From: Ylistrum balloti
Lineage: Eukaryota
Assembly (NCBI RefSeq): GCF_031769215.1
Contig: NW_026782569.1
Coordinates: forward strand, 186,001 to 250,000
Reading direction: 5' to 3'
DNA length: 64,000 bases
Below the pieces are notes generated by a model. It was not told where the DNA came from. It saw only the letters and a program-made list of their open reading frames with translations, and searched no databases. The translations under genes were made by a program, and so were the position numbers. Of the stretch, positions 27,227 through 38,900 are shown piece by piece; within the stretch, counting starts at the first letter, position 1; every line of letters begins with the position of its first letter.

Positions 27227-29528
27227 CCCATTATGTTTCACATCCGATAGGGAAACTCAGCCCTTGATGATAAACGATCTCTCTATGAAGTAGCCCATTC
27301 ATGACCAAACTGCCTCTATATATTTACAATATAGGTACAGTATGTGGTATTGTTTATCATTAAGATTTTCAATACAATGTTTATGCTATGCAACAGTGAG
27401 AGGGGAAATACGTAAAAATGTCATCAGTGAAAATAAATGCATGCACGAAGTGATTGCATTATATAGAATTTTGTCCAGCATATTCAATTAATTCTTTAAT
27501 TACTAATTATCAAGGTTTTAAAACCCTATGCCGAGTATCTTTCAGTGATACCAAAAACTGTTAACTTTTTATCACCAAATCGACCTCATTTTATCTACCC
27601 ATTACGAGGGAAGTGAGCTGTTAATGGTATGTATAAAGTTAAGAAATTCAATGTGGTTGAATGTAGAACTCAACAGAACCTAATTAAGTGTACATGTGAG
27701 ATACTTTGGACGACTGGCCCGCTGGAACTTTCTGAAAAACGTACCATGAACTTCCGACCTGTTGAAAATACTATATTTTGAATAGAAACAATCATATACA
27801 CATTAATGAATTTCTGAAATGCAATGAACAAATACGTAAATATTTTAAAGTATACTTGTTGGATGTGATAATCTTGAAAGAATTGGATTGCGATGAAACT
27901 AGAGCAAAATATGAACAACAAAATATTTACGCAGAGATCATTAGCAACGCCCAAGAAGATAAACAAGGACAGTAATTGTCTTCTAATTAGATACGTTAAA
28001 TGCATTGTAAATCTGAGAGATTGGTGTTATACGTAACAATAAAAAGTAAATTTGCGGCATTCAAGCACGAAAGTTTCAAAAGACGCTTCAATCGTTATGT
28101 TTGGAATTCATTCTGAAAGCTAAATAGTTTTTACAAGCGAGACTTATTTGTTTCTGTTTTGTCAATCTACATTCCTGTCATCCTGGCTTCTGTCGTCATT
28201 TATCTACTCTACATGTTGTGGCCGATATCTAGAACATGCTGATATGTATGTTAATACAGGTACATAACTATAGCGATCAACCGTTACTTAGGAAGTATTC
28301 TGTGAGTCCTATGGTATCTCTACCTTATTTGGTTTTCTATCAAAACAAGTCATTTGCTAGCTCTTGAAGCTCGTGTTATCATCCATCAGTGAGCCGTAAA
28401 TCGTAACTAGACACCATTGTCATCCCAATAATGTTTCAGTTCGGAGAATAAACACGCTAATCCCTGCTTCCATTCCAAATCTTTTTAAATCTGAGTTCCT
28501 ATGTATAGCTTATTTACCTTGTCTACAAGTTGAGATAGATTTTATTTCCATCAGTTTCCTTTCAGGAGGCTTTTAAAACTTTCCACAAAGTGCTACATTA
28601 CATTCTAGCGGGGGCGGAAAATAGAGTTGTTTTTATATATGTATACGTTGTTTGTATATTCTTATATTATTTTTTTCTGGTAATCACATTATCTATTTTT
28701 TATCTTATTTGTATCATGTATTGTGCTATTTTATTCTTCATTGTTTTAATAAAGGCAAAACACATATTTTGGAACATAAAAACAATTAGAAATAAGAATA
28801 GGAAGATTTACATATTAAAAATTCTGATTATAAATTTTGAGTTTAAAATCAAACCCGTAAGATTTACAACACTGGCAACGTTTGATACGCTGTGTATATG
28901 GGTATGGATTTGAAACGATTTCATCTGAAATATTTTGATGGTATATTTGTTGCTTCGTGACTCGGATTATATGAGACACCTAAATATGACTCTTATCTCA
29001 CGAAGGGAAATCTCCAATCCGTCCGTAGATAGACTGGACAGAGACAAGTGACTGTCGACACAGACATGCGTTCCACCCATGTTTGTTTAAGTTAGATTAT
29101 GCGAATGTTAATTGTAATGTATACGATATCTCACATCACTTTCGTTTTAATCTTTTGCCTTTAAAATGAAAAAAAACACACCCATTTTTTATAAACATAC
29201 CAATAATTGCTGATGGGTGAAAGACACGCCCATAACTATTTAAATTGATATACAAATATGATAAGTATTTTGCATTCGAAACAGATGTTTGGCATTGGTG
29301 TGAACTATGACTTATATTTGTATTCATTTAAACATCTTTAAATGCATAATATATGTTGTAGTCATTTATGAGTATCATCTTCACTGAAATTTGTAGTGAC
29401 CGTTTTTAACATCGGTTCCATAAAGAGATAAGATGATTGTCGACGCAAACAAACGAGCACCACCACTACTTTATCAATGACCATGCGTAGGAAGTGTCAT
29501 TCCGGGTCTAGACGTTTGAGCGACTACA

Positions 29529-30293
29529 ATGCTTCGGATGGCGATCTTCTTTCTTCTGGCTACCATTATGGTAGGAAATGTGAAGACAGAAAACTGTAAT
29601 TACCAATTCACAGTACCCGAATCTTCTGGCGTCAAATGCAGTGGAGAAGAGAGTTTTCAAATGAAGTCTTCCATTGATCATATCAATGGTGAACTCATTA
29701 TCGCTGAACGCAGGCAGCAAGCAATGTCAGAATCATTCTCGAGAGAAATTTCAAAACTGGACATTGGAGCTGAAACCATGAGAAATGTTAGCACAATGCT
29801 CCGTATGGATCTTCAAAAAATCCAATCCATGGTGACTGGCATGGCGCCTCTTGCAGAGGAGGTGAAAAGTCTTCGAGATATGATAACGAATTCGAAAGAA
29901 TCCTTGGAACCAAAATTCTCGGCGTTGCAAGAACGTATGATGGCAATTGTGGAGAAGTTTCAGAATGAATCTGCCAAAGTATCTGATCATGCTCAAGCAA
30001 TGATCGTTGCTCAGACAAGCCAGCTGGCCCACCAAGCGCAAAATCTCATATTATTGAAGAAAGAATCAGAGGACTTCAAAGTGCAAAATGCTGGACAACA
30101 GGAAATACTTGACGACCTCCGTAATAGGTTACATGAACTGGAAACTAACCCACCCATCTCATCGCAATTACAAGGTCTGAAATCATCAGTGAATCTTCTC
30201 CAGTCGACCCTCACTATGGCCTACAGGCGTAACAGAGACGAAATCCAAACATTAAAAGCCCAGTTAATAGCCTCGAGGAAACCGACTGTTTGA
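29529..30293 (+). CDS. Secreted coiled-coil protein (254 aa) with ANGPTL/myocilin-type N-terminal C-x-Y-x-F-x-V-P...C motif and no C-terminal globular domain
   Basis: Longest non-repeat ORF in the window. Signal peptide MLRMAIFFLLATIMVGNVKT, then ENCNYQFTVPESSGVKC, then ~200 aa of heptad-rich E/Q/K/L sequence. A strong CAG|GTAAGT donor follows at 30342/30343; a likely last exon begins at 32064, with AATAAA at ~32146. Confidence 0.8.
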   Translation: MLRMAIFFLLATIMVGNVKTENCNYQFTVPESSGVKCSGEESFQMKSSIDHINGELIIAERRQQAMSESFSREISKLDIGAETMRNVSTMLRMDLQKIQSMVTGMAPLAEEVKSLRDMITNSKESLEPKFSALQERMMAIVEKFQNESAKVSDHAQAMIVAQTSQLAHQAQNLILLKKESEDFKVQNAGQQEILDDLRNRLHELETNPPISSQLQGLKSSVNLLQSTLTMAYRRNRDEIQTLKAQLIASRKPTV

Positions 30294-30582
30294 GACTCGC
30301 CAAAAAAAATGGACAATCTCCGTAACCTCAATCATAGATCAGGTAAGTTTGAAATAATGACATGGTAATATATCTAATACATTTAAGGTTATCTTAACCT
30401 TTATCATAGAATTAACCTGTTGTCAATATCATTTTACATATCAAATTAATTGTGTTGGTAATATGTGTCACAGCACCTAGTGGATCTGTGACTGGTTGAA
30501 AATTGTGATTGTATCAATTGTGACGTCATAACTTAATGACGTCATATATAATGTGACATCAGAACAGAAACATGTTAGAAGA

Positions 30583-30760
30583 CTCTTTCATATGTCGGGG
30601 TGTAGGATAGGGATATTCCACAAGATATGACACAAAATGTTGACAACCTGAGGCTCTGCCAAAGGTTCTTACACATTTTGTGAACTCGAGGGTGAAATAT
30701 CCCATTTTTCACCCCGACATATAGAAGAGTATTTTTCTCTCACATTTCCTTCTGCCTAGA
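30583..30760. mobile_element. Second fold-back palindromic element, in the intron of the coiled-coil gene
   Basis: Arms ACTCTTTCATATGTCGGGGTG...GGGATATTCCA...CAAAATGT pair with ACATTTTG...TGAAATATCCC...CACCCCGACATATAGAAGAGT. The flank TTTTTCTCTCAC resembles the reverse-strand flank TTTTTCTCGCAC of the element at 6940. The element probably extends further on both sides. Confidence 0.55.
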
Positions 30761-32404
30761 TGTTGTATTCATTGTATCAGGCGATGACGTCAATTGGGAA
30801 GGGACACGTCACATTTCTACACGTTTACACGCGCGTACCTGTTCTGCATGGTGGGTGTGTGATGCGAACGCAGCGAGCATGGGTGTACTGCCATGGACAG
30901 ACCAGTATTACGCGCGTAAAAATGAGTGAGAATATTGTCAATCTAAATCTTGTCATGACTGGTTGCAATAGTATATCAGATCTTGCGGCGTGATCTTGTG
31001 AAACTCGCAACAAGTTTTTTTTCGTTTTACCTCGTTCTTAATATACAAAACGTTTTATGCTCGTTAACATGAATATCACAGGAAATGGAAAACATATTAG
31101 TTTTCACTTTTTTACAATTAATGCTAATTGCTTTAAAATCTTTATATAAAAAAGAAGAAAAAAAACAAACAAGCAAAAGAACCCCTCAAAACACCAAAAA
31201 TGCTCTCTTTTGTGACGTCATTTTGTCGATAATGACCTCACGGTTGACGTTGTTGAAATATCAGCCAATTACTGCTTCTTGATACTTGATAATTATCCAC
31301 ATTATAGAAATACAATGAACATTTCATGCACTTGTAGAAAGGAAGGAACTGTCATTAAAAATGAGAAAATGGCTTCGGAAGGATTATACAAACCACACAA
31401 AACTGAACAGCTACCGCCATATAAATGGAAAAGTAATATCAGCTTCTGAAAATAGGCCACAGAAGTATGACAACGAGTTCACTATTTCATGTTAACAACA
31501 CTCGGAACATCTGACTGATATAAAGTTATATTCAGCGATGAAACTGATGTGTTCAACAACATTAACTTTTTTCCAAAAATATGCGAAAGAGTTTTCTCTA
31601 ACCTACACTATAGGCACCATGTTTTGGATGAAACACGAGATTTTTAAGATCTCGGCACACAATGAATACATAGAACATAACTTGGGTATGTTTTTTGTAG
31701 TTTATTTCTTCGCTCAGTTGAAATAAATTGGTTACAAATTTCATGTACAATGCAAATAAATGTATAAATCTTCAGCCATATTTAAGGATATTCTGTAATA
31801 AGTTCGTGTTTTGTAATATTTATGCGGAGCTGGTTATTTTTTACATTTCAGAATTAATCAGCTTTATTTTTTAGCATTTATTTCGTCTTTTATTTGTAAT
31901 GAAAAGTTTCTGTAAACACACATAGATTTTATTATCAGGTTATAGTGTACCCAAATCATACAGAATCATGTTTGTTTTCCTCCTCTCTTTTTCGTTTTAT
32001 TTTTCTGTCTATCTTTTCTTAGAGTTATCATTATGCTAATATGATTGTTTTTCTTTCTTTCAGTGTGAGGTCAAAAAGGTACCAGACGGATCAATGGATT
32101 GTTAAGAATTTCTGTAAAGAAATGCAAGATTGTACCAATATAATTAATAAAGACATGAACTGCAAATTAGTTTTTCTTTATCATAGATAAAAACGACATT
32201 TTCTTTCAAATGTGCCGTAAAATCATCAACATTATTTGCAAATGCACATATGAAATACTAAATAGATTTTAGAAAAAAATAACATAAATTCTAAATACTG
32301 GCGGATCTCGTGAGTACGACTTGGGAGATCTACATTGACAAAAGTCCGAAAAGAAATGTCAGCCAATCGAGAGTATGTTTTGTTACAGTAGAATTACATT
32401 CTCT

Positions 32405-33300
32405 GTCAGGTAAAGTCATAATGTTGTACCTCTACGTGGGATTGGTGTCTCCGTATCAGGTAATAGATCGATGCTGTACCTCTACGTGGGATTGGTGTCT
32501 CCGTATCAGGTAATAGATCGATGCTGTACCTCTGCGTGAGATTGGTGTCTCCGTACCAAGTAAAGGGTTAGCAATGTACCTCTACGTGGGATTAGTGTCT
32601 CTGTATCAGGTAATAGATCGATGCTGTATCTCTACGTGAGATTGGTGTCTCTATATCAGGTAATAGATCGATGTTGTACCTCGGCGTGAGATTTGTGTCT
32701 CTATAACAGGTAATAGATCGATGTTGTACCTCGGCGTGAGATTTGTGTCTCTATGACAGGTAATAGATCGATGTTGTACCTCTACGTGAGATTGGTGTCT
32801 CTATAACAGGTAATATATCGATGTTGTACCTCGGCGTGAGATTGGTGTCTCTATAACAGGTAATAGATCGATGCTGTACCTCGGCGTGAGACTGGTGCCT
32901 CTATAACGGGTAATGGTTAATGCTGTACCTCGGCGTAAGATTGGTGTCTCTACAACAGGTAATGGTTAATGCTGTACCTTGGCGTGAGATTGGTGTCTCT
33001 ATAACAGGTAATAGATCGATGCTGTACCTCGGCGTGAGATTGGTGTCTCTATAACAGGTAATGGTTAATGCTGTACCTCGGCGTGAGATTGGTGTCTCTA
33101 TTGCAGATAATGGTTAATGCTGTACCTCGGCGTGAGATTGGTGTCTCTATAACAGGTAATGGTTAATGCTGTACCTCTGCGTGAGATTGGTGTCTCTATA
33201 ACAGGTAATAGATCGATGCTGTACCTCTACGTGAGACTGGTGTCTCTATAACGGGTAATAGATCGATGTTGTACCTCTACGTGAGATTGGTGTCTCTATG
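32405..33300. repeat. 50/47-bp minisatellite, about 18 copies
   Basis: Unit TGTACCTCGGCGTGAGATTGGTGTCTCTATAACAGGTAATAGATCGATGC with period 50 (32425, 32475). A 47-bp variant has AATGGTTAATGC. Confidence 0.95.
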
Positions 33301-33869
33301 ACAATGATTATTTCACTGCGTTTACAGCCTTGTGAATGCTGTTTCTTCTAGAAGTGCACAGATGAGATGGTGTATAGGAAGTGATCCCAAACCCCTTTGA
33401 TATAGAACAGAACTGGCAGCATATAATGCAGATTCTCGTTCTTAATTTGAGATAGGATAACGACTTTGCAAGCAATCTAGTGTATGTCAGCAGAAGAACT
33501 TTAGAATGCAAATAAAAAGTGACATATTTGTGACTTTCATCTGACATCTACTAATGGTAATATGAGAGCTACAGACAGATAATAGATACACCGTGTACAT
33601 CGAGTGACACACTGATCCCCTAATATACACATACAAGCAAAACTAGAGAAGAGGTTCTTAAAACCACATATTTATTCAATTAAGAAATGCGATAAAACAA
33701 ACATCCAAACAATATTCAGGTGACCATTGTCAGAAACCTGGCTCACGTTGGTTCAAATTGATTAAAAATTCATAATTTCATATATAGATTTATTAAATAC
33801 ATTGTCATCATTTCTTATGAAAAAAATGATATGTGGGTGGCTTATGTTTTTGGTTCAAGTTCACTCAAC

Positions 33870-34490
33870 ACAGACACACCAATAAATATTCAGACACATT
33901 TACAGTCACACATATCCTATGATAAATACTGATATTAAGAGATACCTTTATATCTTAAGACACATAGGCAAGTATTCAGACACACATGTATACCTTAAGA
34001 CATATGTATGAATATTCCAACACACATTTATATCTTAGGATACTTATAACAATATTCACACACACACACCTACATACCTTAAGATGCATGTACAGATATT
34101 CAGACACATTAAATCTTAAGATATATGTACAGATATTCAAACACATTTATATCTTAAGATGCATTTACAGATATTCAGACACATATATGTACAGATATTC
34201 AAACACATTTATAACACATTCAGACACATATCTTAAGATGCATGTACAGATATTCAGACACATTTACATCTTAAGATGCATGTACAGATATTCAAACACA
34301 TTTATATCTTAAGATGCATTTACAGATATTCAGACACATTTACATCTTAAGATGCATGTACAGATATTCAGACACATTTACATCTTAAGATGCATGTACA
34401 GATATTCAGACACATTTACATCTTAAGATGCATGTACAGATATTCAGACACATTTACATCTTAAGATACATGTACAGATATTCTGATTAA
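33870..34490. repeat. 38-bp minisatellite, about 15 copies, degenerate at the edges
   Basis: Unit CTTAAGATGCATGTACAGATATTCAGACACATTTACAT with period 38 (34270, 34308). Confidence 0.9.
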
Positions 34491-35364
34491 GATTGTATCA
34501 GGATGTTTCTAAGATACATGATGAACATTTTTGTGTTTAGGCATACATTTTCATCTTAATACACATTTAAGTATCAAGATGTATTACTGTACATTTACAT
34601 CTTCAACATATAACTATTATAATACACATTTTTACTTTACACACAATGCAGATATTCTGACACACTTGTAAACCTTTAGGACACAAAAAAGAAAAGGGCT
34701 CCTAGAAAGTTCCTGGCACCCTCTTTTGCTTTGTCTTCAAAAGTTCCGTAAACGTTGGACCTTTCCCTTTCTTTTCTATTCTTTCGTTTGCTTTTGCTCT
34801 GAATTACATGTGATTTGATATTTCCACTTAACAAATCAGGATAACAATCTATAAATGTCAAAAAATCAATGATTGTCCATTCTATTTCTCTCATCATTCC
34901 AAAAATTCAGCATGGCAGGTATACAGACCAAGGATAACACATGAAGGAACTATTTAGAAAAAAGGATACGCAATACTTCTCAAGAAATAGTAATGATGAA
35001 CATTCATAATCAAAATATAACATAACTTCCTGTCACATGGTCACAAATAGGGACTACGGAGAACCTACATATGTAATTTGAGAAAGATCCATCTTGCACA
35101 AGAATTTTTGACAGATGATGGATAGACAACGGACAGGGGATGTAGTGTCATTACACATCATAAAATCAATTATTCTTTCTAAATGTATACCATACATATA
35201 AATAGAAAAAAAAATAAACAAAACAACATATTTCTATCTAAAATGCTCTTTTTTGATATTTATATACAACACAGTAACACTTTTGATATACATATTACTT
35301 TTTCTTCACACCAACATAATCTGATTTGTGTTTCTGTGGAAGCTGAAAAATTAAATTGTCCTGT

Positions 35365-35545
35365 GCTGTCATGGTTGTGTTCTTTGGCACAACACTTTAC
35401 TCCAATAGTGCTTGATGGCGTGTGACAGACCTCTCATATGTTGTTCAGTAAGGGAGCCATCAGCTACCACAAGGAGACCTCAATTCAAAATGACCCTGAC
35501 AGTTGATGGGGAAATTAAATGTCTTTTTTTTTAAACAAACTTCAT
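35365..35545 (+). mobile_element. Decayed CORE-type SINE remnant
   Basis: GTTGTGTTCTTTGGCACAACACTTTAC resembles the CORE-SINE motif (GTGTCCTTGGGCAAGACACTT). ATGACCCTGACAGTTGATGGGGAAATTAAA...AAACAAAC resembles the typical mollusc SINE 3' tail. Family match is from memory, not a search. Confidence 0.4.
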
Positions 35546-35933
35546 TTCAGTACATAGGTAGTACATGTATTAAAATGTTTAAACATAAACATGATTGAAT
35601 TTAATCAACATAATGAACAATCTCTAGTTTTTTGGAAGATTTCAAACTGGACATCTCCAGAATTCTAATTCTGATCCCTTCAGAAGTAAACAAATTCAAA
35701 GCAATAATTAAATGAAATACAATTAAGAGCAGTTAGGAATGATATCAATTCATAATGGATTAACTCAACAACTAACAAAAGTACCCACAAAACAAGATCA
35801 CGACAATACAGTCTACAATGGAGCCCTGAGCAGGGCGAGTTGCGTTGTACAAGGACTTAATATTAATTCATTGGATCTATTCTAACATTTTTCTGTAATA
35901 AAACTATATTCGATATCTAATATTGCAAATTGT

Positions 35934-38900
35934 TTATCCACCATTATCTTCTGCTGAATCATTTTCATCTCTTTCCTCTTTTTTTTCGTCATCATTCGGT
36001 TGTTTAAATTCTTCCTCTCCATCTTCTAAAACATTATATACGTCACTACAGGCTGAAAAAGTGGACAAGGAAAAACAATTTACAACATTAATTTAAAAAT
36101 TCATTTCCCGAATAGGATATCTGTAAATATGGAACAATTCCTGAGGCCCAGGATAGCATATCATCTGACCTGAGTTCAAGGTCAGGTGAATTTTGTATGC
36201 AGCTATTGTAAGCTCTGCTATATATTATGCCTATATCACAATGACTTGGCGAGAATTCCCATCCATATTATAGTGATATCACTATAATACGTACCTGGTA
36301 TATATGAATAAAGTTTGTGAATTTGTACCAAGTCCCTGTGGCCTATATATCTATCAAATCATCTGTATTTTCTTACAACATCATCAAGCATAAAAGCATT
36401 AAACAGGTTAATGACAGAAACAAGAGATTATTTCCTGACAATATAAAGCGACTTGGCAAACTCTTTCATGTTTGTTTTCAAACTTTCATCAATGGGATTG
36501 ACAAATCAAAGTGAACAAACAATTAACTTTTCTTATTATTGGTTTGGTTGTTTTATGTTTATTTCTGTGGCACACTGAGATGTGTGTCAGAATTTCTGTG
36601 ACACACTGAGATGTGTGTCAGAATTTCTGTGGCACACTGAGATGTGTGTCAGAATTTCTGTGACACACTGAGATGTGTGTCAGAAACAAACTATAGAAAA
36701 GCAGGTATTGGTCACTGTTGGCGAATATCAACTTTAGATGATGACACAATATGTCAAGCCAAAGCATCACTCAAACATACAAAAAGTTTGTTGCTTGTTT
36801 TGTTATAAGGCATTGAAAATTATTCTTTAATCATATACATGTAGATAAGTACAGGCATAACATTTTATGTCTATATCAAACACCTTATCTTGCCTTTTCT
36901 TGAATCATTACAAATCCTTTGAGCTAAACATTTGGAAAAAAAATTACATGATTGGATTGTTTGTTTCTAACTTTATAACAAAACTACAGCAGTATAAAGA
37001 TAATGTTTCCATTTTACAATTCAAATTTCATGTATACACTCAATGTAAGAAAATCATTTTTTTTTACCTGAAAAAGCTTCAGGATACATCTTACTCAGTC
37101 TTTGTTTTAAAGATCTGAAAAAAATATGAAAAGAAGTATAAAAAAACAACAAAAGTTCAATGTTGAGTTGGCTGATAATTAATCTTAGTCATTGCTTGTC
37201 TTATTTCAAGCTCTTGAGATAAACATGAAAGGCATAATGAATCATTGAAGAAATTTAAATAGTACTAAATATCCTGTTACTGCTTCCAACTGCCCCGTTA
37301 TAATATGACTTAATATGGCCGATTAATGTCACTCGGATTGCCTGACCTGGTACAATGTACTTTACATTAAATCAAGCTAATTTAATGATAATACTTCATC
37401 TTTTTGAAATTTGTGATATTGAATTTGCCTAGTAAACTAACTTTATAATTTAAAAACAACTAGTAATTGTAGACAATGAAATCACATTGCTGGTGAATAT
37501 TAACACATTAAGAACATACAGGATTTCATATAAAAAATCACATTTTTAAAAAATTTGCTTAAGTTCTAAAGGAAACCGCCATTTTGAATTAAACAGATAG
37601 AGATGAAATGATAAATTTTCAATTTTTGAGGTTCTTCATGAATATGTTCCGAATATGAAATAAAGTACTGATTTGGTTTTTGTACTTCATGGCTGCATCC
37701 CTGTACAGTATACATCAGGGCTGAAAATTTAAATGTACCAACATGTTGTTCTATGTGTATGACAGACTGTCACATGTGACTTTGATCTAATTCATTAATC
37801 TAATACACATAGGGAACTTGCTTTGGTCAGTAGCACAATTAAGGTTAAAGGAAAAAAATTATGCAAGAATTACACCAATGCAACTACTCTATGCCAAGGG
37901 AGGTAATTCAACCCTATGAAAAAATAAATACTACCTGATTCGTCTGAAGACAGCATCTAGGTCTTTCTTCATATCATATAGCAACAGAGTGTGTGACCTG
38001 AATGCCTGACTAGTAGCATCAAATCGTGTGGAGGACAACATGTTAAAGTTGATAAGCATTTCGTTTGTTTTCTCATATCTGGATAGCCTGAAAAACAGTA
38101 GAATATGGTAAGAATTTCATTTCATAACTGATAAAAAGCATTATAACATTTAGATATATGTAACCCTGTAAAATACCAGCTGCAATATACCAATAAATTG
38201 GGTAAATACATAAGTGTGTATGATGTTCACTAAAATATCTGCTGGGGTTGCAAGTTGATAACTTCAGCAGGCTTATTTTCTGTTGATTTTATAATTTACC
38301 TCAATATTTCATTCTGTTCATCTAAAACAACACAAATTGTTAATGACTCAAGTAGGGTTGCTTGAATGTTTGTAAATTGACCTAGCTATAAAGAATTTCC
38401 ACAAATTATATATATATATATTCAAATGAGAAATTGAGGTGTATGAATTTTCTTATGAATATAAGTAGACAATTTTGTACATCTAATAAAATCCTAATAT
38501 CCCTTTAAAGAAAATCAATAAGTATTTAATAGTAACTATGGCAATTTTGAGCCAATGTCTTCTGTCTTCCTCACCATCTCTTTTTAAAATTAAAAATGAG
38601 ACGATAAAAAATCTTAGGAAATGATGCCATGCAACTACACAAACATTCTATCATGTTTTAACAAAGAAAAGTATTGCTGAATTTTTTTTATAGAAAAGTG
38701 ATTGTAAAAGTAATATTAAGGAGAAAGTATGTGACCTTTTATAAATGAAAGAATGAAGAAAGAAGGTATTTTATTTTTATACCCTTTCTAGTCAAATTGC
38801 AGTCATTGGTGAACATTGTATTGACATCACTTGTAACCAAAGCATGAAATGAAGACAAGATCATATATTTGGAATTATCGTTAAAAAGGCCACCTCTTAT

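Noticed and set aside
27778-27975. 65-aa protein-like ORF (NEFLKCNEQIRKYF...)
   Set aside because: No ATG start, no splice context and no recognisable motif; possibly a decayed fragment but not supportable.
30291-30293. Selenocysteine reading of the in-frame TGA
   Set aside because: No SECIS-like element recognised downstream, and the context is a coiled-coil end rather than a redox motif.
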